NCBI GenBank assembly: GCA_017983845.1
Contig: JAGOAO010000006.1
Location: 15,281-79,280 of the forward strand
Source: Sediminibacterium sp.
Lineage (GTDB): Bacteria > Bacteroidota > Bacteroidia > Chitinophagales > Chitinophagaceae
Direction of reading: 5' to 3'
DNA length: 64,000 nucleotides
Shown here: one piece after another, positions 59,665-64,000 of the stretch
Position numbering within the stretch: position 1 is the stretch's first letter
Layout of the letters: every line of letters starts with the position of its first letter
Program-made: the position numbers and the translations under genes
The notes under the pieces: model-generated
What the model was told of the DNA's origin: nothing
Databases searched by the model: none
Seen by the model: the letters and a program-made list of their open reading frames with translations, nothing else

Positions 59665-60490
59665 CACCGCAGACATTGCTGCTTTAGAAGCGGCTATTGA
59701 ATTAGATGAATCTTTGGCTGGAAAGATCATTGAGATTAAGGACGACTATGCAGTTGGCCCTATAATGGATATTTATGAAACAGAAGGCTATCAAGTTAGA
59801 AGAGATTGGTGGAAAGAAGTGTTGTTGAATTCACCTTACGAAGATCAATTAGATATAGTGGATGATAAATTAACTGTGCATCATTTACATACTTCATTGA
59901 ATCATGACGAAAATGAAATGATTTGGATATGGATGGGACAGAACGTGCACGATGTTTGTGGGTACTATTGGCTAATGAGTCAGTTTAAAGAATACCAAAG
60001 TAGGATTCATGTTTTGTATTTAAACAATTTACCTTTCTTGAATGAAAAAGGTCAGTTATTCTATCCTACACATTTAAGCCAAATTCAACCTAAGGAATTC
60101 TTGAAGGCTAAAAAATTAGCAAGACCCATTACTTTAAGTGAATTTGAATTGGATCCGGACGAATGGAAAAAGTTGTGTAATGAGAATGAAGGAGTTCGAT
60201 TTTTAGACGGAGGTAAGAAAATAATGAGCATGGGAATTGGTTATTATGATAAAGAGATTCTATCATTATTGACTAAAAACGCACAGAAATTACAGAGTGC
60301 TTTGGGCAACATTTTAACTAAAATGAAGATCAAAACAGGGGATGCCTTTATTGTATTTCGTTTAAAAGCTTTAGAGGCAGAAGGGAAATTAGTCATTGCT
60401 GGTGATTGGAATAAGGGATGGAAGGATTTGGTTATTCAAATGCCTGGTGGATCGGCTGTGGTTCCAGAAGCAGAAGCATCAATCAACTAA
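59645..60490 (+). CDS. DUF1835/DUF3658-like hypothetical protein
   Basis: [37 protein letters not shown]...G pattern. Confidence 0.65.
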   Translation: MIHIVFNTADIAALEAAIELDESLAGKIIEIKDDYAVGPIMDIYETEGYQVRRDWWKEVLLNSPYEDQLDIVDDKLTVHHLHTSLNHDENEMIWIWMGQNVHDVCGYYWLMSQFKEYQSRIHVLYLNNLPFLNEKGQLFYPTHLSQIQPKEFLKAKKLARPITLSEFELDPDEWKKLCNENEGVRFLDGGKKIMSMGIGYYDKEILSLLTKNAQKLQSALGNILTKMKIKTGDAFIVFRLKALEAEGKLVIAGDWNKGWKDLVIQMPGGSAVVPEAEASIN

Positions 60491-60491
60491 T

Positions 60492-60860
60492 ATGTCTGTA
60501 CAAATCCTAGCCATAGACCTTAAAGCAGTAGATGAACGTGGTGCCCTTCATTATTTTAGTACAGATAGAACGGGTGAGTTTTTATTGGTTTATCGAAATG
60601 CAGGATCCATAAGTGGACAGCATTATCATAAGGGGATTTCGGCTGGAAAAAATCCAGAGGACATGCTTTTGGTGCAAGGGAAAGCAAGTTTAAACTGGAA
60701 AAATTTAGAAACAAAAGAAGTAAATACGGTGGAATTGATTGCCCCAATAAGAGTGAAAATTCCTGCTCAAATTTGGCACGAATTAAAAGCAATCACCGAT
60801 ATCGTTTTTATTGAATTAAATAGTTTAAGTGACGGTAGTGCAGATACGCATCGAATCTAG
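60492..60860 (+). CDS. cupin-fold protein (WxcM/RmlC-like)
   Basis: DERG, GQHYH, IPAQIWHE; start ATG 60492 lies immediately after the upstream stop. Confidence 0.65.
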   Translation: MSVQILAIDLKAVDERGALHYFSTDRTGEFLLVYRNAGSISGQHYHKGISAGKNPEDMLLVQGKASLNWKNLETKEVNTVELIAPIRVKIPAQIWHELKAITDIVFIELNSLSDGSADTHRI

Positions 60861-60881
60861 TTGTTACGAATCAGAATAGTT

Positions 60882-63404
60882 ATGGCAAAAGAGAAAAATT
60901 TAAGCAGGGTAACAGAAAATGAATCAGGTGTTCAGGGACAGTATAAAAACTGGTTCATGGAATATGCATCTTATGTAATTCTTGAAAGAGCAGTACCCGC
61001 CATTGAAGATGGTTTGAAGCCAGTTCAAAGAAGAATCCTACATGCCATGAAGGAAATGGATGATGGAAGATTCAATAAGGTGGCGAATATTATTGGACAA
61101 AGTATGCAATACCATCCCCATGGTGATGCAAGTATTGGAGATGCATTGGTCAATATTGGACAAAAAAATTTATTAGTAGAAACCCAAGGTAACTGGGGTG
61201 ATGTAAGAACAGGTGACTCCGCTGCTGCATCACGTTATATTGAAGCTAGATTAAGCAAATTTGCTTTAGAAGTTGCTTTTAATGCCAAAACAACTGAATG
61301 GGCATTAAGTTACGATGGTCGTAAACAAGAGCCAGTGACTTTGCCAATGAAGTTTCCTTTATTGTTGGCACAAGGTGCAGAAGGTATTGCAGTTGGATTA
61401 TCAACTAAGATTTTACCCCATAATTTTAATGAATTAATAGACGCTAGTATTAAGTATTTAAGAGGACGTAAGTTTGAATTATTACCCGACTTTCAAACTG
61501 GAGGCATGATTGATGCATCTGCGTACAACGATGGTAAGCGTGGAGGTAAAGTAAGGGTGAGGGCGCATATTGAGGAAATGGATAAGAAAACCTTAGTGAT
61601 TAAAGATGTACCCTATGGTGTTACCACCACTCAATTGATGGAAAGCATTACCAAGGCAAACGACCAAGGTAAAATCAAAATCAAAAAAGTAACTGACGTT
61701 ACTGCTGCACAGGTTGAAATTCAAATTGATCTTGCAACAGGTATTTCTCCTGACATCACTATAGATGCTTTATATGCATTTACAGATTGTGAAATCAGTT
61801 TATCTCCCAATGCTTGTGTGATTGTGAATCAACGTCCACAATTCTTAGGTGCTAGTGATTTGTTACGTCATTCTGTAGACCATACTAAAGGATTGTTGAA
61901 AGCAGAATTAGAAATTCATTTGCAAGAATTATTAGACAAATGGCATTTCACTAGTTTGGAAAAAATATTCTTTGAAGAAAAAATTTACCAAGAACTTGAA
62001 AAGAAACACCTTAATTGGGAAAAAGTAATTGATGCGATTGATAAAGCATTTGAACCTTTTAAGAAGAAGTTTAAAAAGCCGATAGAAAGAACAGACTTAT
62101 TAAAATTAACTGATAAGCCTGTAAGAAGAATCTATAAATTAGATATCGAAGATTTAATTGCGCAAATTAAATCAATAGAGGAAGAGATCAAAGAAGTGAA
62201 GCATAACCTTGAAAATTTAGTAGATTATGCAGTGAGTTATTACGAAAATTTGCAAAAGAAATATGGCAAAGGCAAAGAACGTAAAACCGAATTGAAAGAA
62301 TTTGATACGATCCAAGTGAAGCAAGTGGCTATTGCCAATACCAAACTCTATATCAATAGAGCAGAAGGTTTCATTGGGACTAGTTTAAAGAAAGATGAAT
62401 TCTTATGTGACTGTACCGACTATGACGATATCATTGCCTTTACCAAAGGGGGCACCATGAAAGTGGTAAAAGTCTCCGATAAGATATTTATAGGAAAAGA
62501 CATTATTCATGCAGCTGTATTCCAAAAAAATGATGAACGTACCACCTACAATATGATCTATATTGATGGTTCTTCTGGAATAAGTTATGCAAAACGATTT
62601 AATGTAACTGGTGTGACTAGGGACAAAGAATATGTTTTAGCAAAAAGCTTAGAGAAATCTAAAGTGCATTATCTATCGATCAACGCGAATGGAGAGGCTG
62701 AGTCTGTTAAAATTATATTAAGTCCTAACTGTAGTGCTAGAATTAAAGAATTCGATTTCTTCTTTGAAACTTTAGAAGTAAAAGGAAGGAGCAGCGTGGG
62801 CAATCAAGTGACTAAATATCCTATCAAGGCGGTTAAATTAAAAGAAGCTGGTAAGAGTACTTTGGTGGGTAGAAAGTTATGGTTTGATGATAAATTCGGA
62901 AGATTGAACACCGAAGAAAAAGGACAATACTTAGGTACATTTGAAGATGAGAAGCTCATTGTCATTACGAAGGATGGTAATTATGAAGTAACTGATACCG
63001 AATTGACTCAAAGATTTGACCCTGAAAAAGTTCTTTTCATGGAGAAATTCAATCCAGAAAAAGTCATCACCGCAGTTTATCTAGATAAAGAGAAACTACA
63101 ATTCAATATCAAAAGATTCAAGATAGAAACAACTACTTTGAAGACACCATTTACTTTCATCAAAGAAGGCAATGGCAATTATGTAGCAGCCGTATCTACT
63201 CATATTGAACCAGTATTGGTTGTACTGTCAGGAAAAGGCACACAACAAAGAAAAGCCAAGTTTAAAGTGAGTAAAATGGTAGACGTAATGGGTTCTAAAG
63301 CTGTAGGTACTAAGTTGGTTGATTTCAGTAAATCCATCGAAATGGAATGGGAAACCAAAGTAGTGATTAAAGATCCTAACGACGAACAACCAGAATTGTT
63401 CTAA
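60882..63404 (+). CDS. parC: DNA topoisomerase IV subunit A
   Basis: ILERAVPAIEDGLKPVQRRIL, YHPHGDAS and catalytic SRY; paired with parE; start ATG 60882. Confidence 0.93.
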   Translation: MAKEKNLSRVTENESGVQGQYKNWFMEYASYVILERAVPAIEDGLKPVQRRILHAMKEMDDGRFNKVANIIGQSMQYHPHGDASIGDALVNIGQKNLLVETQGNWGDVRTGDSAAASRYIEARLSKFALEVAFNAKTTEWALSYDGRKQEPVTLPMKFPLLLAQGAEGIAVGLSTKILPHNFNELIDASIKYLRGRKFELLPDFQTGGMIDASAYNDGKRGGKVRVRAHIEEMDKKTLVIKDVPYGVTTTQLMESITKANDQGKIKIKKVTDVTAAQVEIQIDLATGISPDITIDALYAFTDCEISLSPNACVIVNQRPQFLGASDLLRHSVDHTKGLLKAELEIHLQELLDKWHFTSLEKIFFEEKIYQELEKKHLNWEKVIDAIDKAFEPFKKKFKKPIERTDLLKLTDKPVRRIYKLDIEDLIAQIKSIEEEIKEVKHNLENLVDYAVSYYENLQKKYGKGKERKTELKEFDTIQVKQVAIANTKLYINRAEGFIGTSLKKDEFLCDCTDYDDIIAFTKGGTMKVVKVSDKIFIGKDIIHAAVFQKNDERTTYNMIYIDGSSGISYAKRFNVTGVTRDKEYVLAKSLEKSKVHYLSINANGEAESVKIILSPNCSARIKEFDFFFETLEVKGRSSVGNQVTKYPIKAVKLKEAGKSTLVGRKLWFDDKFGRLNTEEKGQYLGTFEDEKLIVITKDGNYEVTDTELTQRFDPEKVLFMEKFNPEKVITAVYLDKEKLQFNIKRFKIETTTLKTPFTFIKEGNGNYVAAVSTHIEPVLVVLSGKGTQQRKAKFKVSKMVDVMGSKAVGTKLVDFSKSIEMEWETKVVIKDPNDEQPELF

Positions 63405-63425
63405 TTTTGTATAAAATCAAGTAAT

Positions 63426-64000
63426 ATGTCAACCATCAATGTAGGTCAATTTAATTTAATGCGTGTAGACCGTAAGGTGGACTTTGGTTTTTATATGGAC
63501 GATGGAGAAGAGGGTGTGTTGTTGCCAAAACGTTTTGTGCCTTCTGGATTACAGGTTGGTGATACCATTAGTGTATTTGTTTACCATGATTCAGACAATA
63601 GATTGATTGCTACCACACAGGAACCATTTGCGGTGGTAGGAGATATTGCTGCATTGAAAGTTGTTGCTCTTACTAAGCAAGGTGCATTTATGGATTGGGG
63701 GTTAATGAAGGATTTATTCGTTCCTGTTTCACAGCAACTTTCAAGCATGCGTTTAGGTGGCAAGTACCTTGTTAAATTGTATTTAGACAAACAAACGGGT
63801 AGAGTTGCTGCAACTGAAAAAATTGACAATCAAATTAGCAATGACTCACTAACAGTTAAAGAAGGTGAAAAAGTTAAATTACAAGTGTATCGTGAGTCAG
63901 ATATTGGTTATGTAGTGATTGTGAATCAAGTGCATCAAGGATTGGTATATAAGAATGAAGTATTTACCCATTTACATATTGGTCAAATAATAGAAGAAGG
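63426..64000 (+). CDS. CvfB-family S1 RNA-binding protein, 3' end lies outside the window
   Basis: Read by hand: MSTINVGQFNLMRV...GVLLPKR...VFVYHDSDNRLIATTQEP...GAFMDWGLMKDLFVP. Confidence 0.88.
   Translation, partial: MSTINVGQFNLMRVDRKVDFGFYMDDGEEGVLLPKRFVPSGLQVGDTISVFVYHDSDNRLIATTQEPFAVVGDIAALKVVALTKQGAFMDWGLMKDLFVPVSQQLSSMRLGGKYLVKLYLDKQTGRVAATEKIDNQISNDSLTVKEGEKVKLQVYRESDIGYVVIVNQVHQGLVYKNEVFTHLHIGQIIEE

Noticed and set aside
61119-61142. Quinolone-resistance substitution in ParC
   Set aside because: HGDASIGD keeps Ser and an acidic residue at the usual QRDR positions.

Overview
AT-rich chromosomal segment of a Bacteroidota bacterium. TAnnTTTG -7 promoter boxes, type IX secretion genes and the rpmB-rpmG-DUF4295 operon support the phylum; a Chitinophagaceae-like placement is an inference. 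Most of the window is core genes: malQ (partial), dipeptide epimerase, trmH, argS, dnaK, hscB, sdhCAB, tsaD, an ABC-F, rpmB/rpmG/bL38, ftsY, rnpB, prfB with its programmed frameshift, the amidase-MlaD-OstA/LptD envelope cluster, ung, tcdA, parE/parC and three tRNAs (Leu-CAA, Arg-TCT, Val-TAC). Two parts look accessory: (i) a 14.3 kb T9SS type-B cassette encoding a ~3,590 aa multi-domain adhesin, a PorP/SprF shuttle and an atypical PorE-like OmpA protein; (ii) a 2 kb islet with a J-domain/KTSC fusion and two toxin-antitoxin-like pairs, one broken by a +1 T frameshift. The most notable observations are three. First, an ABC-F in which all three motifs of one composite ATP site are degenerate. Second, a ~130 nt multi-hairpin element with conserved structure but divergent sequence, found directly after the terminators of two different tRNA genes. 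Third, several genes whose start codon sits at the predicted transcription start (leaderless). I saw no transposase, integrase, prophage or CRISPR array. All family assignments come from motif recognition by eye, with no database search.
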